Shown here piece by piece: positions 29,060 through 37,734 of a stretch of DNA of 64,000 bases. Source of the stretch: a virus. Location: IMG/VR virus record IMGVR_UViG_3300025671_000038. One strand, 5' to 3'. Each line of letters starts with the position of its first letter. Position 1 is the first letter of the stretch. The notes beneath the pieces were generated by a model that saw only the letters and a program-made list of their open reading frames with translations, did no database searches and had not been told where the DNA came from. The position numbers were made by a program, and so were the translations under genes.

Positions 29060-30456
29060 TGATAGTAGCTCCATTTTCATTTGTTGGCTCTACCTCTGAC
29101 TTGGATAGGGGTCTTATTATCCATTTAGATGCAAATAATCCATCCAGTTATCCGGGTACGGGTACGACGGTCAGTGATTTAGCCAGCTCATACGATCACA
29201 CACTAACCAATGCACCTTACACGGAACTGGATGGTATTAAATGTTTTGATGCGAGCGGATCTCCCACTACATACATCCAAGTAAACGGAACTGGCCCGAC
29301 TCTACCAACATCCGGATACACGTACATAACATGGGCAAGAATTAAATCAAGCTCGGCAAGTTGGAGAACTTTATTCAGAACAGAACCTAACGACCACCCA
29401 ATACTAGTCGAGATCGGAAACGAAAATCTCGGATTTTACGACAACGATACAAGTGCATTTATCGATTCCGGTTATGATGTAACCTCAATTATAGATACAT
29501 GGGCCCAGTTTGCTGTTGTCGGTGATTCTTCTAGTAGCATATTTTACATCAACGGGGTACAAGTAGGATCAACTGAATACGGAGCTGGTGGAAATAATCA
29601 TTTTCGTTGGGGAGGTCATCCGGGTCAATCTTTTGGTTATGTCGCAAACATGTATTTATGGGATAGAAAGTTAACACTGCAGGAAATATTATTAGAATAT
29701 AACCAATCTTATAGCACATTTAGTAATAAAGGAAGTCTAGATAACCCGGGAATCTCTGCACAGGATATTTACGATTCAGGCCAGACAACTTCAGGATGGT
29801 ATTACATCCAAACCTCCACAATGGCTCAGCCTAAGCAGGTCTATTGTAATATGACCGACGAATCTGGGGGATGGATGCTAATAGGGTATACTCCTAGCTT
29901 TAATAATTCTAATGGGGGATTGGGTGCGGGACTTGGATACCCCAACACATGGGAAAATGGCGAGGGTACACTAAATAGACTAAGGACCAATGCTATGGAC
30001 CTTTGGTTCCATAATGGTTCTCCCCAGTGTACACAGGTTTTAAAAATGGCCACCACTGTTTATAACCAAGATCCTTTTCTAGCTAACGCACAAATTGCTA
30101 ATAAGGTAGTTTACACAAACCCAAGTAATTTATTATTAAGCTCCGTATCTAATTACCCATCATTTGTTAATGATACCCCCATGACCGGAACTTGGTACCC
30201 CGTCAAGGGACACACTTTAATGAGCACCTCGTTGACTGTTAATGCACCAGGGGACTGGATATATTATGGTGGTAGCTGGTGGACCGTATGCGGGCCGAGT
30301 ACACAATTGTTATCAAATGGTAGATCAGGAAATGCCCAAGGAACCGGATCCTGGACCAACCCATCTAGCAGTAATCTCTACGGGATGAGCAATGTGGCAG
30401 CTACAACAAACTCAAATAGAACTGATATACAGACCTACGCGGTTTACATCAAATAA
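29059..30456 (+). CDS. LamG-like + fibrinogen-C-like domain fibre protein
   Basis: LDANNPSSYPGTGT, LamG core; SGWYYI...QVYCNM...GGWMLI. Confidence 0.75.
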   Translation: MIVAPFSFVGSTSDLDRGLIIHLDANNPSSYPGTGTTVSDLASSYDHTLTNAPYTELDGIKCFDASGSPTTYIQVNGTGPTLPTSGYTYITWARIKSSSASWRTLFRTEPNDHPILVEIGNENLGFYDNDTSAFIDSGYDVTSIIDTWAQFAVVGDSSSSIFYINGVQVGSTEYGAGGNNHFRWGGHPGQSFGYVANMYLWDRKLTLQEILLEYNQSYSTFSNKGSLDNPGISAQDIYDSGQTTSGWYYIQTSTMAQPKQVYCNMTDESGGWMLIGYTPSFNNSNGGLGAGLGYPNTWENGEGTLNRLRTNAMDLWFHNGSPQCTQVLKMATTVYNQDPFLANAQIANKVVYTNPSNLLLSSVSNYPSFVNDTPMTGTWYPVKGHTLMSTSLTVNAPGDWIYYGGSWWTVCGPSTQLLSNGRSGNAQGTGSWTNPSSSNLYGMSNVAATTNSNRTDIQTYAVYIK

Positions 30457-30514
30457 ATTCGGTTGAGATCTAGGATTTATCCAGGTAGATATATAAAGAA
30501 AATATTCTAACAAC

Positions 30515-30826
30515 GTGGCTTATAGAATAGTACTTAGACAGGATACAGCAGAGAATTGGACCGAGAACGACCCAATACTTCTTAGCGGGGAATTTGGTTT
30601 CGAGACCGATACAAATAAGCTTAAGCTTGGTAACGGAAGAGGCAAATGGACAGAGCTTTCTTATTTCCAGCCCGGTCCAACTGGAGCAACTGGCCCTACT
30701 TGGTCTTCTGCTCCAGCTACAGCGGGATCGACAGGATCAACTGGGGATCTAGCTTATGATTCGGACTACCTATATGTTGCAGTAGGAGCTAACACTTGGA
30801 AGAGGACTACTCTTACCTCCTGGTAG
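30515..30826 (+). CDS. short Mtd_N-type protein with three Gly-X-Y triplets
   Basis: N-terminus highly similar to 28082; ends YLYVAVGANTWKR. Confidence 0.75.
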   Translation: MAYRIVLRQDTAENWTENDPILLSGEFGFETDTNKLKLGNGRGKWTELSYFQPGPTGATGPTWSSAPATAGSTGSTGDLAYDSDYLYVAVGANTWKRTTLTSW

Positions 30827-30986
30827 ATTCCTTATCCCACTTTTTCTTATTTTCGTAAGCTCTCTTCTGGAACTTATCAAACTGGCGGTTTGCGTAGTCT
30901 TTTCCAGTATCTATCAGAGCCCAAATAACTAGTAATACAACTGCAATCACGCAGAGAAAACCGAATAGTTCAACTATTATCATCGC

Positions 30987-31301
30987 TTATTCCTGTATTC
31001 GTGGTTCAACAATTTTATCGTAATCCTCCTCTGTGAGAACAATTATAACAGGCCTTGTCTGATCTGGTTCGTCATAAACTCCCCTCTCCCAACTTTCCTT
31101 TATTGTGTTTGCAATTTCATTCCTAGAGGGACACAAGAAGAGAGTGTCCCTTTTCTTGGTAGTCGCAGAAAATTCAGAATGCTTTTCGAGAGGCAAAACC
31201 GGTATCTCAGAAGATGTAGATTCAAAGCTTCCCTCATGTGCTAAGATTACGCTAAAACAAACGGCGGCGCAAGATAGCAGAAATAATTTTTTACGTATCA
31301 T
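30987..31301 (-). CDS. hypothetical exported protein
   Basis: Signal-like N-terminus. Confidence 0.45.
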   Translation of the reverse strand: MIRKKLFLLSCAAVCFSVILAHEGSFESTSSEIPVLPLEKHSEFSATTKKRDTLFLCPSRNEIANTIKESWERGVYDEPDQTRPVIIVLTEEDYDKIVEPRIQE

Positions 31302-31358
31302 AAGACATCAAATTTATGATATCTAGCGATACAGTTGATAAAAAGTTTCGATTTATCT

Positions 31359-32063
31359 TTAGATACTACACCCCGGGGGATTCTTGAACTTAGCTTCAGT
31401 TCCAGATCCCTTTTGTGAATTGTATCTATTCTTCCACCATTTAGCCTGCTCTGAGAGTGATTTAGGGATAGGATGATCTTTGGATGTTAAAACCCCCGTT
31501 GATTGGTTGTATGAATAGGATTTTAATTTGACCTCTATAAATAACCTACATGCAAGAGCTGAGTAAAGAGGCTTAGCTAAACTTGAATATGGAACCATGT
31601 TCCAGTCCATACCTAGCTTGGTTTTTATTTTTTTCTTGGCATCTTCCAGCCTTTTTCTAATATCGGAATTGGCTTTAGGGGTCACTCCCTTGTAACCTAT
31701 GGTTCTAAGAGAGCTGTTCTTATCTAACTGGAAAAGACCCTTTGTGTAGGATGGTCTTGAATATGTGTTAGGGTTTGTACCATAGCAACTTTCCACCTTT
31801 GCTAATCTCGACATAAATTCTTTGACCTCCAGTGGATCTTGAAATATCTCATCGCAGACAATATCGAGTATTTTATCCACGAAGTCTTTTGCCCCTTCTG
31901 ACGAGTAATACCTCTCGTATTTTTCGAACGTATCTGGGTTTTCTGGGATAGCTCTCATAGCATCCCATTCTTCCTCCGATATATCGTATTTAGGAAGTAT
32001 CGGATGTTCGGATTCTCTTTCCAGAAGGATCCTATATTCTTTAAATCGTTTTAGTACCCTCAT
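31359..32063 (-). CDS. lysozyme-like fold protein with capsid-targeting-like leader
   Basis: AKVES (catalytic Glu-like), GLFQL, W...YN; leader MRVLKRFKEY..LLE. Confidence 0.55.
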   Translation of the reverse strand: MRVLKRFKEYRILLERESEHPILPKYDISEEEWDAMRAIPENPDTFEKYERYYSSEGAKDFVDKILDIVCDEIFQDPLEVKEFMSRLAKVESCYGTNPNTYSRPSYTKGLFQLDKNSSLRTIGYKGVTPKANSDIRKRLEDAKKKIKTKLGMDWNMVPYSSLAKPLYSALACRLFIEVKLKSYSYNQSTGVLTSKDHPIPKSLSEQAKWWKNRYNSQKGSGTEAKFKNPPGCSI

Positions 32064-32247
32064 CTGTCATTTTTCTTTGTCTGCGGCTAAAAGTCCTTGC
32101 AATATTAACAGCACATATCTGGCATTTGACAATATGAAAAACAGCTAATGAAGCTGTAGCAAAAGCCCAAAGCCTCGGGGCAAAGAAAAGAACGGATAAC
32201 CAAAGTAATAAGAGTGCGATTTTTAATAGCGGTCTTTCAAATCTCAT
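32041..32247 (-). CDS. small membrane protein
   Basis: Hydrophobic segments. Confidence 0.4.
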   Translation of the reverse strand: MRFERPLLKIALLLLWLSVLFFAPRLWAFATASLAVFHIVKCQICAVNIARTFSRRQRKMTDEGTKTI

Positions 32248-32252
32248 GCTTA

Positions 32253-32462
32253 TCAGGAGTTAATTTGATTATTTCTTCTCATGAACTCTTGAGCAGCCCT
32301 TCCTTGCCACTCCATCGGATCCATATAACCTGGATCATTCATGGGGTTTACTTGGTGGTGTTGCTTCGATTTGGAATTTGGATCCGCTTTCTGTAGTCTA
32401 TCAAGTTTATCTGCGATAGCTTTTATATAAGATTGTGGATCCCTCTGGTAAAGTTGGTTCAT
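32253..32462 (-). CDS. hypothetical protein
   Basis: 69 aa; GATATATA at 32483-32490 (minus). Confidence 0.5.
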   Translation of the reverse strand: MNQLYQRDPQSYIKAIADKLDRLQKADPNSKSKQHHQVNPMNDPGYMDPMEWQGRAAQEFMRRNNQINS

Positions 32463-32526
32463 GATAATTCTAAATTATCAATTATATATCGGGACGGCTG
32501 AACCAAATTTTCGTTACCCCCTGGAT

Positions 32527-32784
32527 CTAGAGATTACTTTCTTTCCTAACCAGTGAGATCACATCAGATAGAGTTTTCCATATTACCATATCTGGTTCTT
32601 CTTCAGACTGTATAGCAAGTAACATCTGTCCTTCGTCGGATTTTGCTACTCCCAGAGTCCCTAGTCCCTCGCATATCAAGGGATAATATTGATTCTCACC
32701 AAGTTTATTGAAAATTTCTTCGTAATCGAAATCGTGCCAGTCGAAATCGAAGCTATCTCTATATTGTTTGCTAAATTCAGCCAT
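32527..32784 (-). CDS. hypothetical protein
   Basis: 85 aa ORF. Confidence 0.5.
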   Translation of the reverse strand: MAEFSKQYRDSFDFDWHDFDYEEIFNKLGENQYYPLICEGLGTLGVAKSDEGQMLLAIQSEEEPDMVIWKTLSDVISLVRKESNL

Positions 32785-32791
32785 ATCAAAT

Positions 32792-33382
32792 CTATTCTAT
32801 TAAAAAATCAGACCAATCCTTGCCACTTACATCCTCGTTAGGAAAATAAAATTCCAGTTTCTGTTCACCCACTAGTATGATCTTCGTAAATCCAACCGGA
32901 AGTGCTGCACCATACTCCAGTATTTGTGGAGAGGGGCCAAAGTGTACTATGATTTGTACTTCCACGTTACCAAATACCTTGGCAAGGTCTCTTTCGAACC
33001 TCTCCAGCTCCTTCCATGGACCCCTGTTTAACCCTTCGTGCTGAAGAGCACAGTTGAGATACGAGAAAGTTTTTCTAAGAGTTTCCTTATCACAGTTGAA
33101 AGCTGCAGCAGGAGCTAAATGTCCCTTATCCCATACGTTATTTTTGTAATCGTCGTTGTCTGAAGTGTGGATCCCATCTACCTCTCTGAAGTCCATCCCC
33201 TTCCTGGATGCATTACCGGTTGGGCATTCCACATCATACCAAAGCTCAAGCGGTTGCTCCAAGATTTCCGAATATCTGACCTTAAAAATATCGGTTATGA
33301 TGGTGTCTCCGGAAATAGTATAATCCTGAGCCAGGATATTTCCCGTTGCGATCAGGGATAATAATAGAATCTTGATCTTCAT
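32792..33382 (-). CDS. secreted DNA/RNA non-specific endonuclease (NucA-like)
   Basis: Signal peptide; DKGHLAPAA, FSYLN...Q...LNRGPW..LE. Confidence 0.88.
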   Translation of the reverse strand: MKIKILLLSLIATGNILAQDYTISGDTIITDIFKVRYSEILEQPLELWYDVECPTGNASRKGMDFREVDGIHTSDNDDYKNNVWDKGHLAPAAAFNCDKETLRKTFSYLNCALQHEGLNRGPWKELERFERDLAKVFGNVEVQIIVHFGPSPQILEYGAALPVGFTKIILVGEQKLEFYFPNEDVSGKDWSDFLIE

Positions 33383-33408
33383 GAGCTTCTTGTTTTCTTT
33401 CCGTATAT

Positions 33409-33711
33409 CTATCCTATGAATGGAGAAATAAGATTAGCAATCTTGTATCCGGTAAATGCTCCAAGAGCAGCTGGAACTGGGAAAACTATAAATTTACCTA
33501 AGGAGGTAACATATTTAGGTCTGTTCACTACCTTTCCCACAAAGAAATAGTAACATAGATAACTAACGAGAACTGCGATATCCACCCGATTAGCAATAAA
33601 AACCACTATGATGGATCCGATGAATCCATATGTAGCGTTTTCTAATATCGCACGACGAATCTCCTCTTTTGGAGTTTCTCTATATTCTTTCTGTATCTTT
33701 TTTAAGCTCAT
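33409..33711 (-). CDS. membrane protein
   Basis: Three hydrophobic segments. Confidence 0.55.
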   Translation of the reverse strand: MSLKKIQKEYRETPKEEIRRAILENATYGFIGSIIVVFIANRVDIAVLVSYLCYYFFVGKVVNRPKYVTSLGKFIVFPVPAALGAFTGYKIANLISPFIG

Positions 33712-33814
33712 AATTCAGGTATGTATGATAGGAGTAGTACGAAAGCTATTATTATAGCCCACTGGAATATTTCCTGAACTATGTTGTTCTCTAGTATTTT
33801 CTTTATCTTCATTT

Positions 33815-34852
33815 TTAGTTGCTTAAAGGGGCTTGTATTGCCGGGTGTGACTCGTAACCATCCAGTATAAAGTCCTTCACTCTAAGTATATCAATAATGC
33901 TATCGAAATCCTTTAGATGGTCTTTAAAAAGTATTCTGGGCAAATCAAAAGGCTCTCTACGGATCTGCTCCTTTGCTTGCTGAATGTGATCGTTGTAGAG
34001 ATGAACGTCCCCCAAGTTACCTACTAATTCCCAGGGAACCATATTGACTTCCTTTGCGATTATCTCGAGGAGGAGACCATAAGATGCTATGTTGAAAGGT
34101 AGCCCAAGAAAAGTATCTACAGATCTCTGGTTCCACATTAAAGAAAGCTTCCTTCTGGGGGCTTTTACAGAATCCATCTTTTCGTGGCTCATATTTTGAG
34201 TAAAACTCTTATCCTTATCGATGATGATAGCCCACTGTTCCTGTCTTTCTTCCTCTTCCATCTCGGTAGTGTAGCACTGAAATCCGTAGTGACACGGAGG
34301 TAGGGTCATTTTTCCCAGCTCCCCTACGTTCCAGGAGTTAACCATAAGTCTTCTGCTGTCCGGATTTTCCTTCAGATCCCTTACTAGGTTTTTTATCTGG
34401 TCTATGTATAGGTGATCCCTGTCTTGCCAACTTCTCCACTGCTTACCGTAGATAGGACCTAGTTCGCCCCATTTCTTGGCAAACTCGTCATCGGTTTTAA
34501 TCTTTTCGATAAACTCATTTTTTGACAAAACAAAATCATGAGGTGGTATTCCAGGTGTAGTTTCTTTATCCAAGTATGCTTTGTATGCATCACCATTCCA
34601 AATGTTACATCCATTATCCACCAGGTACTTAATATTGGTATCTCCTCTTAAAAACCACAGTAACTCGGTTACCATAGTTCTGAATGCCATTTTCTTCGTG
34701 GTTAAAAGGGGATAACCCTCGGACATCCTGTGCCTGATCTGTCTGCCAAATACCGAGATAGTTCCAGTACCTGTGCGGTCTGATTTCTCAACCCCGTGGG
34801 TTATGATGTCCATTAGTAAACCTTGGTATTGGGTATCTAAGTTGTTCCTCAT
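33815..34852 (-). CDS. thyA: thymidylate synthase
   Basis: DRTGTGT, PLLTTKK, LGPIYG.QWR, SRR, LPPCH, QRSVDTFLGLPFN, D.HLY..H. Confidence 0.97.
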   Translation of the reverse strand: MRNNLDTQYQGLLMDIITHGVEKSDRTGTGTISVFGRQIRHRMSEGYPLLTTKKMAFRTMVTELLWFLRGDTNIKYLVDNGCNIWNGDAYKAYLDKETTPGIPPHDFVLSKNEFIEKIKTDDEFAKKWGELGPIYGKQWRSWQDRDHLYIDQIKNLVRDLKENPDSRRLMVNSWNVGELGKMTLPPCHYGFQCYTTEMEEEERQEQWAIIIDKDKSFTQNMSHEKMDSVKAPRRKLSLMWNQRSVDTFLGLPFNIASYGLLLEIIAKEVNMVPWELVGNLGDVHLYNDHIQQAKEQIRREPFDLPRILFKDHLKDFDSIIDILRVKDFILDGYESHPAIQAPLSN

Positions 34853-35082
34853 AAGTCGAGATCTATGCTATATTCATTTAACTTACCGTAGAAGAAGTCG
34901 CTAATTTCTTCATATGCTTTATAGGTATCCTCGCTAGTACCATCGGGAGCATACTTAATCTTTGCTCTAAGCTCCTGAGAAATATCCCACAGAACCATTT
35001 GCATATCAATAGCTTTGAGCATTCTCTTGTGCTCTCTAGCATCATCAGGTTCGTGGAGATCGAATTTTATAATAGCTTCCAT
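34849..35082 (-). CDS. hypothetical protein
   Basis: 77 aa; ATGA overlap with thyA. Confidence 0.55.
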   Translation of the reverse strand: MEAIIKFDLHEPDDAREHKRMLKAIDMQMVLWDISQELRAKIKYAPDGTSEDTYKAYEEISDFFYGKLNEYSIDLDL

Positions 35083-35456
35083 AGTTCGTAGATTGAATTT
35101 TCAGTATGAAACTTTAAGTAGTCTTCCCTTTGCTCTACAATCTCGGTAATAACCGTTGTTTGCCAAGTGAAGAATTCATTAAACGGGGACATAAGCAAAG
35201 ATCGACCAACAGCAGGTTCATCGTGTTTTGATTTGAATGTACCGTCTTCATTCCATTCAAACCACACGATATCATTAGATTGTTTAGTTAGTCCATCCCT
35301 TTCCCGAACCAGCTTCCAATTCATCTCAGTTCCTCCGAAAAGAATTTTAGCCTGCTCGTCATTCATTTTAAGATTCCCGCTCTCGTCCATTTCTAGCAGG
35401 ATCTTTGGTTGTGCTCCAGTTATCATAGATATTTTTCTTTTAAAACCTCGTCCCAA
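35067..35456 (-). CDS. hypothetical phage protein
   Basis: 129 aa ORF. Confidence 0.5.
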   Translation of the reverse strand: MGRGFKRKISMITGAQPKILLEMDESGNLKMNDEQAKILFGGTEMNWKLVRERDGLTKQSNDIVWFEWNEDGTFKSKHDEPAVGRSLLMSPFNEFFTWQTTVITEIVEQREDYLKFHTENSIYELWKLL

Positions 35457-36019
35457 TAGCAGATAGACTCTTTCTTATCTGGTCCAAAACTACGTTTCCA
35501 AATCTCCGGATTAATTTTTCTTGCCGCTTCGATTCTTTCACGGACGCTCATTAAATCTGCATCTGTATCATTTTCATAGGTCAACCAACAAACCCAATAG
35601 TGATCTGGATGTGGTACGTGAAAGAATAGTGCTAGTTGCCATTTTAGAAATACAAAAGACCACATTGGACCCCACTCGAAACGATAATCAGTGGGATCCC
35701 ATTTTGTTTTGTAACCTAATCCTACAAAATCAAAACCAATCTTTTTTGGGACAGGGAATCGATAATTCATTTTTTCTTTTACCAACTCATCGACACTCTT
35801 TATTGTCTTCTGATAACCATTCTTGGCATTAAGTTCGTTAAACCTTTCATCTTCTTTGATTTGTCTTAATGCCGCCTCCATTGCCAATTTAGGAGTTGCT
35901 TTAACCCATCTACGAGGAAAGAAGTAAGGCGTGCCGAAGGCAATCTTACCTAAATACCACTTTAGCTTTGGCCTTTTGAATGGTGAATTGAACGCTTTCA
36001 GGAACCTAAATTTATTCAC
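35423..36019 (-). CDS. hypothetical phage protein
   Basis: 198 aa, aromatic/basic. Confidence 0.5.
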   Translation of the reverse strand: MNKFRFLKAFNSPFKRPKLKWYLGKIAFGTPYFFPRRWVKATPKLAMEAALRQIKEDERFNELNAKNGYQKTIKSVDELVKEKMNYRFPVPKKIGFDFVGLGYKTKWDPTDYRFEWGPMWSFVFLKWQLALFFHVPHPDHYWVCWLTYENDTDADLMSVRERIEAARKINPEIWKRSFGPDKKESICYWDEVLKEKYL

Positions 36020-36203
36020 TTTCCCTCCCTACCAGCTCTAACTGGCTTTCGTTAAATATGTGTAGTAATCCATGCTCTTCCATCTCTGCTACTATCCGGA
36101 CATCACCTTTGGTGGTTTTGAAAACGCTTACCACGGTGCAAGGGAAACTATATCCCTTAGGTTTGTATGCCTTATCACCCTCCTTAAATTTGTATTCCAT
36201 CAT
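36012..36203 (-). CDS. SH3-like protein resembling DfrB/R67 type II dihydrofolate reductase
   Basis: F..GD...K..G....VV..F.T......E.E.HG.LHIF....LE aligns by eye to the R67 core. Confidence 0.5.
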   Translation of the reverse strand: MMEYKFKEGDKAYKPKGYSFPCTVVSVFKTTKGDVRIVAEMEEHGLLHIFNESQLELVGRESE

Positions 36204-36399
36204 TTCCTGATGTATTTAGGATAAATCAATTATTCAAAATGGATTTACCGAGTATTAAGGGTGAAGCGTCCTTATGGGAACTAATTCTGAAGTGATTATC
36301 CCCCTCCACGATAATTAGCGGTTTTCCTGCGAAAGCTCGAGAATAGTTCTTGTAAACGTAGTCAGTTACCTTTTGTTCGATTGCCTTGTCCATTGCTTA

Positions 36400-36735
36400 T
36401 TATTTAAAGATTTTGTTCAGTATTGCAAGTTTAACTCTTTCTATCCGATTTAATCTGCTTCCCCACATTTTTCTATCACTTAGATCGTCATATTGCTTGA
36501 ATAGAAAATTGTATAGGAAAAATATGTCCCATTCATCCACAGTAAATTTCCTTACATCCGTCATGTTAGGTAATCTAAAATGAAATCTAAGAAGGGAATA
36601 AGTACGGAGCGAAGTGAAGCTAAAGAGTCTAAATCCCCATGAAGAATAGTGATCGTGAAAAGATAGGTCTAGCAGGCTGAATGAGTAATTCCATCTTCTC
36701 GTTAGCCATGCTATTTTTTCTAATATACCTCCCAT
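36400..36735 (-). CDS. hypothetical protein
   Basis: 111 aa ORF. Confidence 0.45.
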   Translation of the reverse strand: MGGILEKIAWLTRRWNYSFSLLDLSFHDHYSSWGFRLFSFTSLRTYSLLRFHFRLPNMTDVRKFTVDEWDIFFLYNFLFKQYDDLSDRKMWGSRLNRIERVKLAILNKIFK

Positions 36736-36799
36736 AAAAATCCTGTTAAATTCATATATTTTACAGGATAGGATAAGGTTTTGTTTCGCCGAATCTTGA

Positions 36800-37720
36800 C
36801 TATTTCTTGGCCTTGAACTTAAGGTTTATAGGCTCATCCATCCGGTTGTCTATCACGTAACCCGGAGAAACTACCTCAGCTTTTACCCAGTCCCCATCTT
36901 CTCCTATGGGTAATTCTATTATCTCTCCGACCGGTAGCTTTTTCGGGAGCTTCAGATCTTTGCCATCCACGTTTATATTAAGATCTAGCCCTACTCCTTC
37001 ATCCCGGAATTTATCATCGATCCTATTATTGATCTTATCTATTTCACCCTCTACGAATCCTTTGGCGAATTTTACGAAGACCTTGATCTTATTACCCCTT
37101 CCTAGATTGTACTGCTGCTCCTTGGTGTAATCTATTGGTACGGATTTACGATCTTTGTATGGTGATACCTCTCCGCCCTTTACTTCCAGCTTATATACGT
37201 ATTCCGGCTGTCTGGGGATCATTTTGAATGGCCCAGCTGATTCTCCAAAGTTTCTAATTGAATGCTCCGCCTGCCTCTTCTCTATTTCTAATTCATCCAT
37301 GTTTGCCGGATATGGAATTATGGTCATAAGGTTTCCGTCTTTTATCGGGATGTAAACTTGATTTCCCCTACTTTCCTTGGGGATCCCTGTTTTCTCGTCT
37401 TTTACCTCAGAAACTATAATTATCGGATAATCAACGCCGTCATGGGTAATATAGGGAGATATCAGGGGATAGCCAGAGTTACGATCGAAAGCTAATGTTG
37501 ATTTCTCTAGCTTTTGGATCCTCTTGGAAATCTCCTCCTGGATAAGTTTTTTAGCCTGTTCTTTAATCTTGCTAGCCGGAGTAGGTATCTTAGCCAAGAG
37601 TTGCTGAGGGAGTAGAACGTCCTTCATGTTCTCTATTCTTTCCTTCACCCTTTCCTTAAAGTGAGCAGTCGGATCTAAATCCTCCTGAAGTAAAAGCCAT
37701 TCTTTAAAATTAAAAACCAT
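36800..37720 (-). CDS. hypothetical protein with capsid-targeting-like leader
   Basis: MVFNFKEWLLLQED; directly downstream of the M23/GH19 gene. Confidence 0.55.
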   Translation of the reverse strand: MVFNFKEWLLLQEDLDPTAHFKERVKERIENMKDVLLPQQLLAKIPTPASKIKEQAKKLIQEEISKRIQKLEKSTLAFDRNSGYPLISPYITHDGVDYPIIIVSEVKDEKTGIPKESRGNQVYIPIKDGNLMTIIPYPANMDELEIEKRQAEHSIRNFGESAGPFKMIPRQPEYVYKLEVKGGEVSPYKDRKSVPIDYTKEQQYNLGRGNKIKVFVKFAKGFVEGEIDKINNRIDDKFRDEGVGLDLNINVDGKDLKLPKKLPVGEIIELPIGEDGDWVKAEVVSPGYVIDNRMDEPINLKFKAKK

Positions 37721-37734
37721 AGCTATCGTTTCAT

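Noticed and set aside
33815-34852. Intron or intein in thyA
   Set aside because: Continuous ORF; inserts are short loops without splicing or homing motifs.
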